In this document: positions 16,620 to 26,558 of the stretch, in pieces
Layout: each line of letters opens with the position of its first letter
Numbering within the stretch: position 1 is the stretch's first letter
Source of the DNA: a bacterium
GTDB lineage: Bacteria; Patescibacteriota; Saccharimonadia; Saccharimonadales; DATKHC01
Direction: 5' to 3'
Assembly (NCBI GenBank): GCA_021781215.1
Contig: JAJXXC010000004.1
Coordinates: 2,975-66,974, forward strand
Length of the DNA: 64,000 nt
The notes under the pieces: generated by a model
Databases searched by the model: none
The model's input: the letters and a program-made list of their open reading frames with translations, nothing else
Told to the model about the DNA's origin: nothing
Made by a program: the position numbers and the translations under genes

Positions 16620-17218
16620 TTCTTTGCTCCTGTTTTCTTAGTAGTTGGAGTTTTAGATTTTACAGTTGATGGTTCAACCTTTTTAGTAACTGGACGGGCA
16701 GCAGCAGGTGCTTTATTTAATCTAGTTACCCAATCTTTAGATGGTATAAGTGAGTCAAGTGCCGAAATAGTTGCTCTAGCTGAATTGATCTTATTATTAG
16801 AACCTAATGATTTAGATAAGGCATTTCTAATTCCAGCTACCTCCAGGATAGTTCTAGAAACACCACCGGCAATCAAACCAGTTCCAGGAGAAGCAGGCTT
16901 AATCAATATATTAGAACCACCGCTTGAAGCTTGAGAATCATGAGGTATGGTATCTTTGTATAAATTAACCTTAATAAATGACTTTTTGGCTATGCCTACG
17001 GCTTTATTAACGGCCGATGTAACATCCACGCCCTTAGCAACTCCGATACCTACTCGACCCTTGTGATCGCCTACAGCAACTAATGCACGAAAATGAAATC
17101 TTCGTCCACCTTCAGCAACGCTTGCAACACGATCAATATGAACTACTCGTTCATCAAACTCTTTAGGTTCTGGCTCTGGGCGGTTATTTCTTGACCTTTT
17201 TTGGTTATTATCTGCCAT
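16616..17218 (-). CDS. rpsE: 30S ribosomal protein S5 with Lys/Thr-rich C-terminal tail
   Basis: RFHFRALVAVGDHKGRVGIGVAKG. Its stop overlaps the rplO start (ATGA), leaving no room for rpmD. Confidence 0.95.
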   Translation of the reverse strand: MADNNQKRSRNNRPEPEPKEFDERVVHIDRVASVAEGGRRFHFRALVAVGDHKGRVGIGVAKGVDVTSAVNKAVGIAKKSFIKVNLYKDTIPHDSQASSGGSNILIKPASPGTGLIAGGVSRTILEVAGIRNALSKSLGSNNKINSARATISALDSLIPSKDWVTRLNKAPAAARPVTKKVEPSTVKSKTPTTKKTGAKK

Positions 17219-17219
17219 A

Positions 17220-17576
17220 TTAAAACTCCAATCCAGCTTCTCGGGCAGATTCTGCCAAGGCTTTTATTCGACCATGATATTTTTTACTACCTCTATCGAA
17301 GACTACTTTAGTAATTTTAGCTTGTTTAGCCTTCTTAGCAATTTCTTCACCTATGTTAGTAGCCTTATCGGTCATCGTTTGTTTATCTAGCTTCTTACCA
17401 ACACTAGATGCATAAGCTAAGGTCTTACTACTACTATCATCGATTATTTGGGCAGTTACATGCTGGTTGCTAATAGATACGCTAAGTCTAGGTCTCTCGG
17501 TTGTACCAACAGTAACCTTTCTAGTACGTTTTGCTCTTTGAGCTTTTTGCTTAGTAATTAAAGATAATCTACTCAT
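17220..17576 (-). CDS. rplR: 50S ribosomal protein L18
   Basis: RPRLSVSISNQHVTAQIIDD and FDRGSKKYHGRIKALAE. Confidence 0.95.
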   Translation of the reverse strand: MSRLSLITKQKAQRAKRTRKVTVGTTERPRLSVSISNQHVTAQIIDDSSSKTLAYASSVGKKLDKQTMTDKATNIGEEIAKKAKQAKITKVVFDRGSKKYHGRIKALAESAREAGLEF

Positions 17577-17579
17577 AAT

Positions 17580-18119
17580 CTATTTCTCTTTTCCTGACTT
17601 ACCGCTCTTACGGATTATTCTCTCTTCAACATACTTAATTCCTTTGCCCTTATAAGGTTCAGGTTTCTTCAAAGATCTAATTTCAGCAGCGGCTTGACCA
17701 ACTATCTGTTTACTTATTCCCTTGATAGAAATTATATTACCCTCAATTGTAGCACTAACTCCTTCTGGAAGCTTATAATTTACATCGTGAGAAAATCCAA
17801 GGTTCATTTTCAAGCCAGTATTGGTATTTGCAACCTTATAGCCTACACCGTTAATCTCAAGTTTTCTTTCAAATCCTTTAGTTACACCTATCACCATATT
17901 ATTTACTAGTGATCTTATTAGACCGTGATTAGCTCTAGTAGTAGCTTCTTCATCTACCCTTGTAACATTCAAAACGTCATCGACTTGCTCGAAGTTAATC
18001 CCTGGGATTAAAAATTGTTCTAAGCTACCCTTAGGTCCAGTTACGACAATATTATTGGCATCAACGGTAACCGTAACTCCGGTTGGTATTTTAATTGGTT
18101 GTTTTCCGATTCTACTCAT
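17580..18119 (-). CDS. rplF: 50S ribosomal protein L6
   Basis: MSRIGKQPIKIPTGVTV. Confidence 0.95.
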   Translation of the reverse strand: MSRIGKQPIKIPTGVTVTVDANNIVVTGPKGSLEQFLIPGINFEQVDDVLNVTRVDEEATTRANHGLIRSLVNNMVIGVTKGFERKLEINGVGYKVANTNTGLKMNLGFSHDVNYKLPEGVSATIEGNIISIKGISKQIVGQAAAEIRSLKKPEPYKGKGIKYVEERIIRKSGKSGKEK

Positions 18120-18127
18120 AATATTCC

Positions 18128-18535
18128 TTAATAGACCTTACAGATTAATTCGCCGCCGATACCTTTTTTAATTGCTTCGGATCCAGTCATTAGTCCATAG
18201 CTAGTCGAAACAATAACTAGACCTCGGCCATTCATAATCTTAGGTATTTTATTTGAACGAGCATATACTCTTCGTCCCGGAGTACTGATTCGATCAATTT
18301 TAGTAATTCTTGGGTTAATTTGTTCTTTATTAATCTCAATTCTAATAGTCTTGTACATAGACTTATCTTCTTGTTTAACCTCAAGACTTTCTATAAGCTG
18401 ACAGTCTTTTAAGATTTTAGCAAGATCTTCTTTGAATTTTGAGTATGGTAGAGTAACCTCATTTTTCGAAACTGCAATTGCATTTCGAATTCGAGTTAAC
18501 ATATCGGCTATTGGATCTATTGTAATTGTGCTCAT
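18128..18535 (-). CDS. rpsH: 30S ribosomal protein S8
   Basis: DPIADMLTRIRNA. Confidence 0.95.
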   Translation of the reverse strand: MSTITIDPIADMLTRIRNAIAVSKNEVTLPYSKFKEDLAKILKDCQLIESLEVKQEDKSMYKTIRIEINKEQINPRITKIDRISTPGRRVYARSNKIPKIMNGRGLVIVSTSYGLMTGSEAIKKGIGGELICKVY

Positions 18536-18545
18536 ATATATTCTC

Positions 18546-18815
18546 CTACCAGCTACTCTTTGTTATACCGGGTATTTCCCCTTTTACAGCATGTTCACGA
18601 AAAGCGATTCTTGATAAACCAAACTGTCGCATATAGGCCCTAGGTCGTCCGGTTTCATTACAACGGTTATGGTAACGAGTTGGGCTACTATTTCTGGGTA
18701 ATTTATGTAATCCGTCTTGGTCACCCATGGCTTTTAATTCTGCTCTTTTAGCAGCATATTGAATAATCATTTTTTTTCTTTTTAAGTCTCTAGCTATAGC
18801 TGATTTCTTTGCCAT
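18546..18815 (-). CDS. rpsN: 30S ribosomal protein S14 (long, non-zinc form, 89 aa)
   Basis: [21 protein letters not shown]...W terminus; no CxxC pairs. Confidence 0.95.
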   Translation of the reverse strand: MAKKSAIARDLKRKKMIIQYAAKRAELKAMGDQDGLHKLPRNSSPTRYHNRCNETGRPRAYMRQFGLSRIAFREHAVKGEIPGITKSSW

Positions 18816-19414
18816 TATTTCTTCTCCTTAGTTTTTTCAAAAGGCATCCCAAATTTCTCTAACAAAAGCTTAGAATCATGTGGGTTGTGGCTTCTAATAA
18901 CAAAATTTGCCTGGAGTCCATGTGCGGTAGTGGTTTCTTCGAAAGATAATTCTGAAAATACTGACTGATCAATCAAACCAATACTAAAGTTACCTTTAGG
19001 GTCGAATGCAGAATTTTTAACTCCGTGAAAATCTCTTAACCTTGGTAATACAATGTTAATAAATCTATCAGCGAACTCATACATTCTATCGCCACGAAGC
19101 GTAACTTTAAGACCAATTATATTACCTTCTCTCAATTTAAAACTGGCGATTGATTTCTTGGCAATAGTTTTAATCGGTTGCTGGCCAGATATTTTTCTTA
19201 GAGTATTAGTTGCAACCTCAATTACTTTTTTATCATCTTTAGCTTTTCCAAGACCAATATTTAGAACTATTTTTTCAAGTTTTGGTACTTGGTTAACATT
19301 TTTTAGTTTCAGCTCTTTGAGGAGTTCAGGAATTAGGGCACTGTAATACTGTTCCTTCAATTTGCTTGAATTCATTTTAACAGTATTAACTGATTTTTTA
19401 GTATCTGTAGCCAT
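18815..19414 (-). CDS. rplE: 50S ribosomal protein L5
   Basis: [14 protein letters not shown] and [11 protein letters not shown]. Confidence 0.95.
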   Translation of the reverse strand: MATDTKKSVNTVKMNSSKLKEQYYSALIPELLKELKLKNVNQVPKLEKIVLNIGLGKAKDDKKVIEVATNTLRKISGQQPIKTIAKKSIASFKLREGNIIGLKVTLRGDRMYEFADRFINIVLPRLRDFHGVKNSAFDPKGNFSIGLIDQSVFSELSFEETTTAHGLQANFVIRSHNPHDSKLLLEKFGMPFEKTKEKK

Positions 19415-19743
19415 TATTTTATTTCCTTGCCAGATTTAGCATAAACTCTTACTTTGCTACCATCTTTATTTACCTTATAGCTAATTTTAGATGCCTTCTT
19501 AGTAACTGAATCATAGAGGGCAACTTTTGAAACACCAATTGGTTTAAGCAGGTCAACGATTCCGCCTTGAGGTAATGCCTTAGTTGGCTTAGAGTGTTTT
19601 TTAGCTATATTAATTCCCTCAACCAATACCTGGTTAGTTTTAGTAAAAGTAGATAATACCTTGCCGGTCTTGCCTTTATATTTACCAGACAAAACAATAA
19701 CCGTATCGTTCTTTTTCAATTTAATCTTATATAGAGTATTCAT
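19414..19743 (-). CDS. rplX: 50S ribosomal protein L24
   Basis: KKNDTVIVLSGKYKGKTGKV (KOW). Confidence 0.95.
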   Translation of the reverse strand: MNTLYKIKLKKNDTVIVLSGKYKGKTGKVLSTFTKTNQVLVEGINIAKKHSKPTKALPQGGIVDLLKPIGVSKVALYDSVTKKASKISYKVNKDGSKVRVYAKSGKEIK

Positions 19744-19745
19744 AA

Positions 19746-20114
19746 CTATAGTACCTCCGGAGCAAGCGAGATAATTTTAGAATATCCCATATCTCTCAGT
19801 TCTCTTGGGACTGGACCAAAAATACGAGTACCCTTAGGCAACTTATCTTCACCAATTATCACAGCAGCATTATCATCAAATCTAATTGATGAACCGTCTT
19901 TTCGGTTAATAATATTTCGAGTACGTACGACTACGGCTCTAACCACGGTTTTTTTCTTTACGATTCCGGTTGGGTTAGCATCCTTAACTGTTGCGACGAT
20001 AACATCTCCAATGCTCGCATAGCGTCTTCTGGTTCCACCTAGGACACGAATACAAAGTATTTCTTTAGCACCGCTGTTGTCGCAAACATTTAATCTAGTT
20101 TCTTGTTGTATCAT
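19746..20114 (-). CDS. rplN: 50S ribosomal protein L14
   Basis: [17 protein letters not shown]. Confidence 0.95.
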   Translation of the reverse strand: MIQQETRLNVCDNSGAKEILCIRVLGGTRRRYASIGDVIVATVKDANPTGIVKKKTVVRAVVVRTRNIINRKDGSSIRFDDNAAVIIGEDKLPKGTRIFGPVPRELRDMGYSKIISLAPEVL

Positions 20115-20383
20115 ATTTCTGGCTCCTCATCGACAACATCAATACCAGCTTTTCGGATGACTTTATCTAACATGAAGTGTTTAGTAGCGCTAATTGGTCG
20201 ATGCTCAATAATTGAAACTAAATCACCCTTCTTGGCAATATTGTTCTCGTCATGAGCTTGATATTTTTTACTAGTAACGTAACGTTTTTTATATATTGGG
20301 TGAATCTTCTTAGTCACAACTTTGACAACAATTGTTTTATTATTCTTGTCTGAAGCGACAAACCCAGTTAGTGTTTTAGCCAT
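20111..20383 (-). CDS. rpsQ: 30S ribosomal protein S17
   Basis: [16 protein letters not shown]...YQAHDENN. Confidence 0.95.
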   Translation of the reverse strand: MAKTLTGFVASDKNNKTIVVKVVTKKIHPIYKKRYVTSKKYQAHDENNIAKKGDLVSIIEHRPISATKHFMLDKVIRKAGIDVVDEEPEI

Positions 20384-20583
20384 TACATCTTCTCCTTACT
20401 AAGTTGTTCGCTTAGAACTGTTAGCATTCTGGCAAGATCTTTACGTTTTTGCCTTAATAATCTTACATTGGTAACTTCACCTTGGTGAATTCTTCGACGT
20501 AGCTCAACAATTTCTTCGCGTAATTTAGTAATCTCGACAGTAAGATTTGCGGTAGTAATTTTTCTAACTTCTATCATTTTCAT
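20383..20583 (-). CDS. rpmC: 50S ribosomal protein L29
   Basis: Size, position between rplP and rpsQ, and the [11 protein letters not shown] helix. Confidence 0.9.
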   Translation of the reverse strand: MKMIEVRKITTANLTVEITKLREEIVELRRRIHQGEVTNVRLLRQKRKDLARMLTVLSEQLSKEKM

Positions 20584-21002
20584 AGTGTTTGCACCTCATC
20601 CTTAACCAAAAATCGAGTTTTAACTGGTAATTTGTGACTAGCCAAACGCATTGCTTCTCTAGCAATTTCTTCACTAACTCCCTGTATTTCAAACAATATA
20701 GTTCCGGGCTTAACCTTCGCTACGAAAAATTCTGGGTTACCTTTTCCACTACCCATTTTTACGTCTAAAGGTTTACGAGTTACAGGTGTGTGAGGGAAAA
20801 TTCGAATCCACACCTTGCCTCCTCGTTTCATATATCTAGTCATAGCTTGTCTTGATGCCTCAATTTGTCTAGAAGTAATGCGATCACCGTCTAGGCTTTG
20901 AAGACCAAATTGACCGAATGAAATAACATTGCCACGTGTTGCAGGACCGGTGATGATACCTTTTCGAACTTTTCGATATTTACTGCGGTTTGGAATTAAC
21001 AT
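20580..21002 (-). CDS. rplP: 50S ribosomal protein L16
   Basis: [11 protein letters not shown] and [10 protein letters not shown]. Confidence 0.95.
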   Translation of the reverse strand: MLIPNRSKYRKVRKGIITGPATRGNVISFGQFGLQSLDGDRITSRQIEASRQAMTRYMKRGGKVWIRIFPHTPVTRKPLDVKMGSGKGNPEFFVAKVKPGTILFEIQGVSEEIAREAMRLASHKLPVKTRFLVKDEVQTL

Positions 21003-21003
21003 A

Positions 21004-21636
21004 CTACTTCACCTCGCCCTTATATATCCATACTTTTACACCAATGATGCCTGAACCTGGATAAGAAGCCCTTGCACAGTAATAATCAATGTCAGCTCTA
21101 ATAGTATGCAATGGAACGCTTCCTTGTACTTCTTTCTCACGTCGAGACATTTCAGCACCGCCTAAACGACCAGCTAACTCAATACGAACACCTTCAGCTC
21201 CAGCTCTCATTGTAGCTGCGGCAGTTGATTTCATTGCTCGTCTAAATGAGATTCTACGTTCAAGTTGGTGTGCAATATTCTCAGCAACTAATTTAGCAAA
21301 CAGTTCGGGCTTTCTAAGTTCTTCAATATTAAGTCTAGCTTCCATTTTATAAATATTTTCTATCGCAGCTTTTAATTCTTGAGCGCCGGTTCCACCCCTA
21401 CCGATAACCACACCAGGCTTAGCTGATGAAATGGTAATTGTAACTAGGTTTGGAGAACGTTCAATATCAACACGATTAATTGCCGCACGACTGCCTAATT
21501 TATCTTGGATCAATTTTCTGACCAATAGATCTTGGGCTAATTGCTTTGGATAATCTTTCTTGTTGGAGAACCATCGACTACGCCATTCTTTATTAACCTG
21601 AAGTCGCATACTAATTGGATTTACTTTTTGTCCCAT
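21004..21636 (-). CDS. rpsC: 30S ribosomal protein S3
   Basis: [14 protein letters not shown] domain. Confidence 0.95.
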   Translation of the reverse strand: MGQKVNPISMRLQVNKEWRSRWFSNKKDYPKQLAQDLLVRKLIQDKLGSRAAINRVDIERSPNLVTITISSAKPGVVIGRGGTGAQELKAAIENIYKMEARLNIEELRKPELFAKLVAENIAHQLERRISFRRAMKSTAAATMRAGAEGVRIELAGRLGGAEMSRREKEVQGSVPLHTIRADIDYYCARASYPGSGIIGVKVWIYKGEVK

Positions 21637-22037
21637 TACTTTGTCTCCTTCGCTTTCACTGAAGTCTGCTTTTCTTCAACTTTCTTAACAACTTTTGGTG
21701 GTCTCTGAATACCGTCAACTACAACCCTAATATGAGAAGTTCTTTTAAGAATTCTATGGAAACTACCGTGAGCTATAGATCGACTTCTCTTAAGACTTGG
21801 ACCGGACAAAACTGAAATTTCAGCAATATATAGACCGTCTTCTTTATAATTATGATTATAGATAGCGTTAGCTTTTGCGCTTTCAACGGCCTTTCTAACC
21901 GGAACAGCTGAAGCTCTTGGAGTATGGTCAAGAATCGTTAGTGCGTCAGAAACAGTCCTGCCTCTAACCAAAGCAGCTACTACACCTACCTTACGAGCAG
22001 GCATATTAACGCCCCTAGCAATTGCAATAGCGCTCAT
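21636..22037 (-). CDS. rplV: 50S ribosomal protein L22
   Basis: Position plus ARKVGVVAALVRGRTVSDALTIL. Confidence 0.95.
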   Translation of the reverse strand: MSAIAIARGVNMPARKVGVVAALVRGRTVSDALTILDHTPRASAVPVRKAVESAKANAIYNHNYKEDGLYIAEISVLSGPSLKRSRSIAHGSFHRILKRTSHIRVVVDGIQRPPKVVKKVEEKQTSVKAKETK

Positions 22038-22312
22038 TATTTAGATCCTTTCGCAATTTTACCACCATGAGAACGGAACTTTCGAGTAGGTGAAAATTCA
22101 CCCAATTTATGTCCAACCATATTCTCAGTAATAAAAACAGGAATGTGTAATTTACCATTATGTACAGCTATCGTTTTGCCTACGAATTCAGGAGAGATTG
22201 TAGAAGCACGTGCCCAAGTCTTAATAATTGTTCTATCATCAGCACTCAAAGCCAATACTTTCTTAGCTAATTTTGGATCAATAAATGGACCTTTTTTCAG
22301 TGATCGACTCAT
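22037..22312 (-). CDS. rpsS: 30S ribosomal protein S19
   Basis: [15 protein letters not shown]. Start set to ATG 22312, preceded by GAGGAGA, rather than the track's upstream start inside rplB. Confidence 0.95.
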   Translation of the reverse strand: MSRSLKKGPFIDPKLAKKVLALSADDRTIIKTWARASTISPEFVGKTIAVHNGKLHIPVFITENMVGHKLGEFSPTRKFRSHGGKIAKGSK

Positions 22313-22316
22313 GGTA

Positions 22317-23153
22317 TTATCTCCTCTTTCCTTCGTTTCGGCCTTTAACAATCATAGTAGACACCTTTTTTCTTGACCTAGTCTTATAACCTAGAGTCTT
22401 TTGGCCCCATGGGGTTCTTGGGTCTTTACCAGTACCGTGTCGTCCACCGTCACCACCACCGTGTGGATGGTCATATGCTCCCATGGCTACACCACGAACA
22501 GATGGCCTGATTCCACGATGCCTGTTACGACCAGCTTTTCCAATTTTAATATTCTGATGTTGCTCGTTACCAACAACTCCAATACTGGCCATACATTCAA
22601 CTTTAACTAATCGAATTTCACCACTAGGAAGCTTAAGCTGAGCATAGCCATTATCTTTAGCCATAAGTTGAACACTAGCACCGGCTGAACGAGCTAATTG
22701 AGCGCCACGTCCTGGCTGTAATTCAACAGAGTGAATATTACTACCGACTGGTATATCTTCTAATGAAAGTTTGTTTCCGGTTTCAATCGGTGCATCTTTT
22801 CCAACAACAATTTTACTGCCGATTTGCATACCGTGAGTAGCTAAAATATAGTGATAGGTATTTTTTTGATCCTTAATTCTAGCAATTCTAGCGCTTCGGT
22901 TAGGATCATATTCAATATGTTCTACTGTAGCAATAGTGCCAACTGGTAATTTAAAATTAATGATACGATAATATTTCTTAACTCCGCCACCCTTATGTCT
23001 AGTTGTAATTCTACCTTGATTGTTTCGCCCCTGGGCAGTCTTTTTAATAACTAGCAAAGATCTGACCGGTTTTTTAGTAGTAATACCACTAAAATCTTGA
23101 GTAGTCATGCCTCTTTGGCCAGGAGTAGTTGGGTTTAATTGTTTAATAGCCAT
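22317..23153 (-). CDS. rplB: 50S ribosomal protein L2
   Basis: [22 protein letters not shown]. Confidence 0.95.
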   Translation of the reverse strand: MAIKQLNPTTPGQRGMTTQDFSGITTKKPVRSLLVIKKTAQGRNNQGRITTRHKGGGVKKYYRIINFKLPVGTIATVEHIEYDPNRSARIARIKDQKNTYHYILATHGMQIGSKIVVGKDAPIETGNKLSLEDIPVGSNIHSVELQPGRGAQLARSAGASVQLMAKDNGYAQLKLPSGEIRLVKVECMASIGVVGNEQHQNIKIGKAGRNRHRGIRPSVRGVAMGAYDHPHGGGDGGRHGTGKDPRTPWGQKTLGYKTRSRKKVSTMIVKGRNEGKRR

Positions 23154-23512
23154 TATTTTTTACTCCCGCTAAGTGTTTTAGAGATCTTGTCTTGGCGTTC
23201 TTTTTCGGCTTCTTCAACTGCAAATATAGGAATAGTGTCACCTTTTTTCAAGGTTACAAAAGCTTTTTTGACTGAAGAGGTCTTGCCGTTAATTGATTTA
23301 TGACTTTCTTTATGAACGTGCCTTTTATTTTTACCAGGAAGATAAGCAACTCTAATATTAGTTACAGAAACTTTGAATTGTGACTCAACGTTTTCTTTAA
23401 CAGTTTGTTTATTAGCTAATTTATCTACAACAAAAACATAAACATTATCTTTTTGAATAGCTTGGTAAGCCTTTTCGCTTAATCGTGGTTTTAGAAATAG
23501 TGTTTTAGACAT
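23153..23512 (-). CDS. rplW: 50S ribosomal protein L23
   Basis: LKPRLSEKAY start region. ATG 23512 chosen over the track's GTG 23527, which lies inside rplD. Confidence 0.9.
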   Translation of the reverse strand: MSKTLFLKPRLSEKAYQAIQKDNVYVFVVDKLANKQTVKENVESQFKVSVTNIRVAYLPGKNKRHVHKESHKSINGKTSSVKKAFVTLKKGDTIPIFAVEEAEKERQDKISKTLSGSKK

Positions 23513-23513
23513 A

Positions 23514-24149
23514 TTATTTAACCTCACCTAACCATGTATTTACAATCTCTAGTGCGGGCTTCGTTATAACAATTGAATCTGCATTCATACAGTCATAAAC
23601 ATTTAAATATTTTGCAGTGATAAGTTTAAGATCATTAAGGTTATTAGTAGATCTAAGATTTAATTCAGTTTTAGTGTCTAGAACCATCAAAATCTTACCT
23701 TTAGCACCAATTTTACTCATTAAATCAGCTACTTGACTAGTTTTGCCAGTAAAAGCAATGTCATCGATTATTACTAATTTCTTTTCAGACAAAGCTAGGC
23801 TTAGAACTTGTCTTAGCGCCAATCGCTTAGCTGATTTATTAACTTTATTAGTATAGTTTTCAAGACCAGTTGGTCCGAAAGTAATACCACCACTTCTCCA
23901 AATCGGGCTTCTGGTTGATCCAACTCGAGCTCTACCAGTACCTTTTTGTCTCCATGGTTTCTTACCGCCACCGCTAACTAAACCACGAGTCTTAGTAACA
24001 GAGAGATTAGCTCGGCCATTTGCAAGGTAGGCTACATAGTTGTCTTTTAATAGCTGATGATCTTCCGGGACCATATCAAAAATAAACTTATCTAGGGCTA
24101 TTTTGTCTTTGGCTACAGCACCTGATTTGGTAAAACTAGATACATTCAT
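23514..24149 (-). CDS. rplD: 50S ribosomal protein L4
   Basis: GGGKKPWRQKGTGRARVGS. Confidence 0.95.
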   Translation of the reverse strand: MNVSSFTKSGAVAKDKIALDKFIFDMVPEDHQLLKDNYVAYLANGRANLSVTKTRGLVSGGGKKPWRQKGTGRARVGSTRSPIWRSGGITFGPTGLENYTNKVNKSAKRLALRQVLSLALSEKKLVIIDDIAFTGKTSQVADLMSKIGAKGKILMVLDTKTELNLRSTNNLNDLKLITAKYLNVYDCMNADSIVITKPALEIVNTWLGEVK

Positions 24150-24760
24150 TTTGCTACACCTCTTAAAATAACTACTGATTTTCTAGGTCCTGGAACCGCA
24201 CCACTTACACCAATAACGCCCAAGTCTTTATCAATAATAGATACCTTTAGGTTTTTAATAGTAACTTGGTCATGGCCCATTCGTCCGGCCATTTTTTTGC
24301 CTTTAAAAATTTTCTGAGGAAACATTGATCCAATTGAACCAGGACGTCGATAACTTCTTCCACCATGAGTTTTTCGTCCACGATGGAAATTATGACGTTT
24401 AATTGTGCCGGCAAAACCTTTACCCTTTGAAGTTCCGGTTACATTAACCTGGTCGCCAACACTAAAATTATCGAAACTAATAACATCACCAACGCTGATA
24501 GGTTCAGAGTCATCGTCTAATCTAAATTCTTTAACTATCTTAGGAGTAACTTTAGCGTCTTTAAAGTGGTTAACTTGAGGTTTGTTAGTCTTCTTTTTAT
24601 TCTCACTGCCAACTTGAATTGCTTTATAGCCATCAGTTTCAACAGTCTTTACTTGAGTTACAATATTATCTTGCACAGAAAGAAGAGTAATAGGGCTTAA
24701 CACACCATTTTCAGATATAGTGCTAGTCATTCCAAGTTTTCTGGTAATCAGTACTTTCAT
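24146..24760 (-). CDS. rplC: 50S ribosomal protein L3
   Basis: GKGFAGTIKRHNFHRG. Confidence 0.95.
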   Translation of the reverse strand: MKVLITRKLGMTSTISENGVLSPITLLSVQDNIVTQVKTVETDGYKAIQVGSENKKKTNKPQVNHFKDAKVTPKIVKEFRLDDDSEPISVGDVISFDNFSVGDQVNVTGTSKGKGFAGTIKRHNFHRGRKTHGGRSYRRPGSIGSMFPQKIFKGKKMAGRMGHDQVTIKNLKVSIIDKDLGVIGVSGAVPGPRKSVVILRGVAK

Positions 24761-24794
24761 AGAAGTTTCTGCGCCTTTTTTATAATAATAAAAT

Positions 24795-24842
24795 CTTGGT
24801 GATTGGTGGTTTCAAATTATTTGACCTTCCAGTTACACCAAG
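24795..24842 (-). promoter_or_regulatory. Structured leader element upstream of rplC (terminator-like hairpin with alternative 3' arms)
   Basis: On the minus strand CTTGGTG ... CACCAAT-CACCAAG then ATTTTATTATTAT. The 5' arm can pair with either of two tandem CACCAA copies, and an inner GGT-CAAA/TTTG-ACC stem is possible. Lies in an unusual 147-nt rpsJ-rplC spacer. Confidence 0.3.
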
Positions 24843-24907
24843 CGAACTATAACTTTACAAGAGTAACACATAGATCTTACACTTGTCAATTCGTTGTAGA
24901 TACTACA

Positions 24908-25240
24908 CTACATTTTTATTTCAGCATCACAACCCGCAGGTAGATTCAAATTCATTAATGAATCAATTGTTTTAGGGGTTGGATCGAAAACATCAATCAG
25001 TCTTTTGTGAACTCTCATCTCGAATTGTTCACGACCTTTTTTGTATACATGGGGACTTTTTACCACAGTATGAATAGTTTTATTAGTAGGTAGTGGAATC
25101 GGACCGGCAACAGTAGCGCCGGTTCGAATCGCAGTATCTAATATTTGTTTAGCTGATTGATCAATAATCCGGTGATCATACGCCTTAAGACGTATGCGTA
25201 TTCTTTGTCTAGCTTCAGGTTTCTTTGTTTCAACTGCCAT
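24908..25240 (-). CDS. rpsJ: 30S ribosomal protein S10
   Basis: [16 protein letters not shown]. Starts 7 nt after the tuf stop. Confidence 0.95.
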   Translation of the reverse strand: MAVETKKPEARQRIRIRLKAYDHRIIDQSAKQILDTAIRTGATVAGPIPLPTNKTIHTVVKSPHVYKKGREQFEMRVHKRLIDVFDPTPKTIDSLMNLNLPAGCDAEIKM

Positions 25241-25247
25241 TATATAT

Positions 25248-26429
25248 TTACTTTACAATCTTAGTAACCACGCCGGCACCAACAGTTCGTCCACCTTCAC
25301 GAATAGCGAATCGTAGACCCTGCTCCATGGCAATAGGTGCTAATAGTTTAACCTTAAATGTAGTGGTGTCACCTGGCATAACCATTTCTTTATCTGCAGG
25401 TAATTCAACTTCACCAGTAACGTCAGTTGTTCTAAAGTAGAATTGTGGTTTGTAACCCTTGAAGAAAGGAGTATGACGACCACCTTCATCTTTATTCAAG
25501 ATATATACTTCACTATCAAATTCAGTGTGAGGAGTAATCGTACCTGGTTTAGCAAGTACTTGTCCTCTTTCAATATCTTCTCGTTCAATACCACGAAGTA
25601 GGATACCAACATTATCACCTGCTTGACCTTGTCCTAAGTTTTTCTTGAACATTTCAACACCGGTTACAACGCTTTTTCGAGTATCCTTAACTCCAACGAT
25701 TTCAACTTCATCATTAACCTTGATGATACCTTGCTCAATTCTACCAGTAGCAACAGTACCACGGCCTTTAATTGAGAAAACGTCTTCAATAGGCATTAGG
25801 AATGGTTTATCGAGCTCTCTTTTTGGTTCAGGGATATATGCATCCATTGCTGCAACTAATTCCATAATCGCATCTTCGTCTTCTTTGCTACCAGCTAGGG
25901 CCTTAGTAGCTGAACCTTTGATAATTGGACAGTTGTCATCAAATTCATATTTCTTTAATAACTCACGGATATCCATTTCAACTAATTCAACTAATTCTGG
26001 GTCAGCTAAGTCCATCTTGTTCATGAAGACTAAGATAGAAGGTACGCCTACTTGACGAGCTAATAGAACGTGCTCACGAGTTTGTGGCATAGGACCATCT
26101 GCAGCAGATACAACTAGAATTGCACCATCAATTTGAGCTGCACCGGTAATCATGTTCTTGATGTAGTCTGCGTGACCTGGCATATCAACATGTGCGTAGT
26201 GACGATTCTCTGATTCATATTCCTGGTGAGAAGTAGCAATGGTAATACCACGCTGCTTTTCTTCAGGAGCGTTATCAATTTGATCATAAGCTACAGGCTT
26301 GTTAATCTCGCTTGGTAGTCTTTTTGAAAGAACTGTAGTAATAGCAGCGGTTAAGCTGGTCTTACCATGGTCAACGTGACCCATAGTTCCTACATTAATG
26401 TGTGGTTTGTCTCTTTTGTAATCTGCCAT
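25248..26429 (-). CDS. tuf: Elongation factor Tu
   Basis: [27 protein letters not shown]. Confidence 0.98.
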   Translation of the reverse strand: MADYKRDKPHINVGTMGHVDHGKTSLTAAITTVLSKRLPSEINKPVAYDQIDNAPEEKQRGITIATSHQEYESENRHYAHVDMPGHADYIKNMITGAAQIDGAILVVSAADGPMPQTREHVLLARQVGVPSILVFMNKMDLADPELVELVEMDIRELLKKYEFDDNCPIIKGSATKALAGSKEDEDAIMELVAAMDAYIPEPKRELDKPFLMPIEDVFSIKGRGTVATGRIEQGIIKVNDEVEIVGVKDTRKSVVTGVEMFKKNLGQGQAGDNVGILLRGIEREDIERGQVLAKPGTITPHTEFDSEVYILNKDEGGRHTPFFKGYKPQFYFRTTDVTGEVELPADKEMVMPGDTTTFKVKLLAPIAMEQGLRFAIREGGRTVGAGVVTKIVK

Positions 26430-26506
26430 AATAAATTATCTAGCTCCTTCTTTACTTAAACTTTTAGGGGGTATCAATAAACACCCCACTTTATACGAAT
26501 AATTAC

Positions 26507-26535
26507 ATTTTATCTGATAAGCATAGATTTGTAAA
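26507..26535 (-). promoter_or_regulatory. Candidate sigma70-type promoter for tuf-rpsJ
   Basis: Minus strand has TTTACA (26535-26530), a 17-nt spacer and TAAAAT (26512-26507), about 77 nt upstream of the tuf ATG in the fusA-tuf spacer. Confidence 0.4.
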
Positions 26536-26558
26536 CTATAAAATATCAAATAATGTGA

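Noticed and set aside
24820-24826. Single GGTCAAA heptad (CtsR half-site-like) in the rpsJ-rplC spacer.
   Set aside because: The CtsR operator is a tandem direct repeat. Only one copy is present, it is not near a clp gene, and it is part of the leader hairpin.
25645-26055. 136-aa plus-strand ORF. Similar long antisense ORFs occur at 60109-60510, 34366-34716, 29975-30358, 16608-16934 and 53459-53779.
   Set aside because: All lie entirely antisense to highly conserved genes (tuf, pilB, rpoB, rpoC, rplO/rpsE, clpC). They have low-complexity S/T/P/L-rich translations typical of the reverse frame of AT-rich coding DNA, and no RBS. Treated as frame artefacts.
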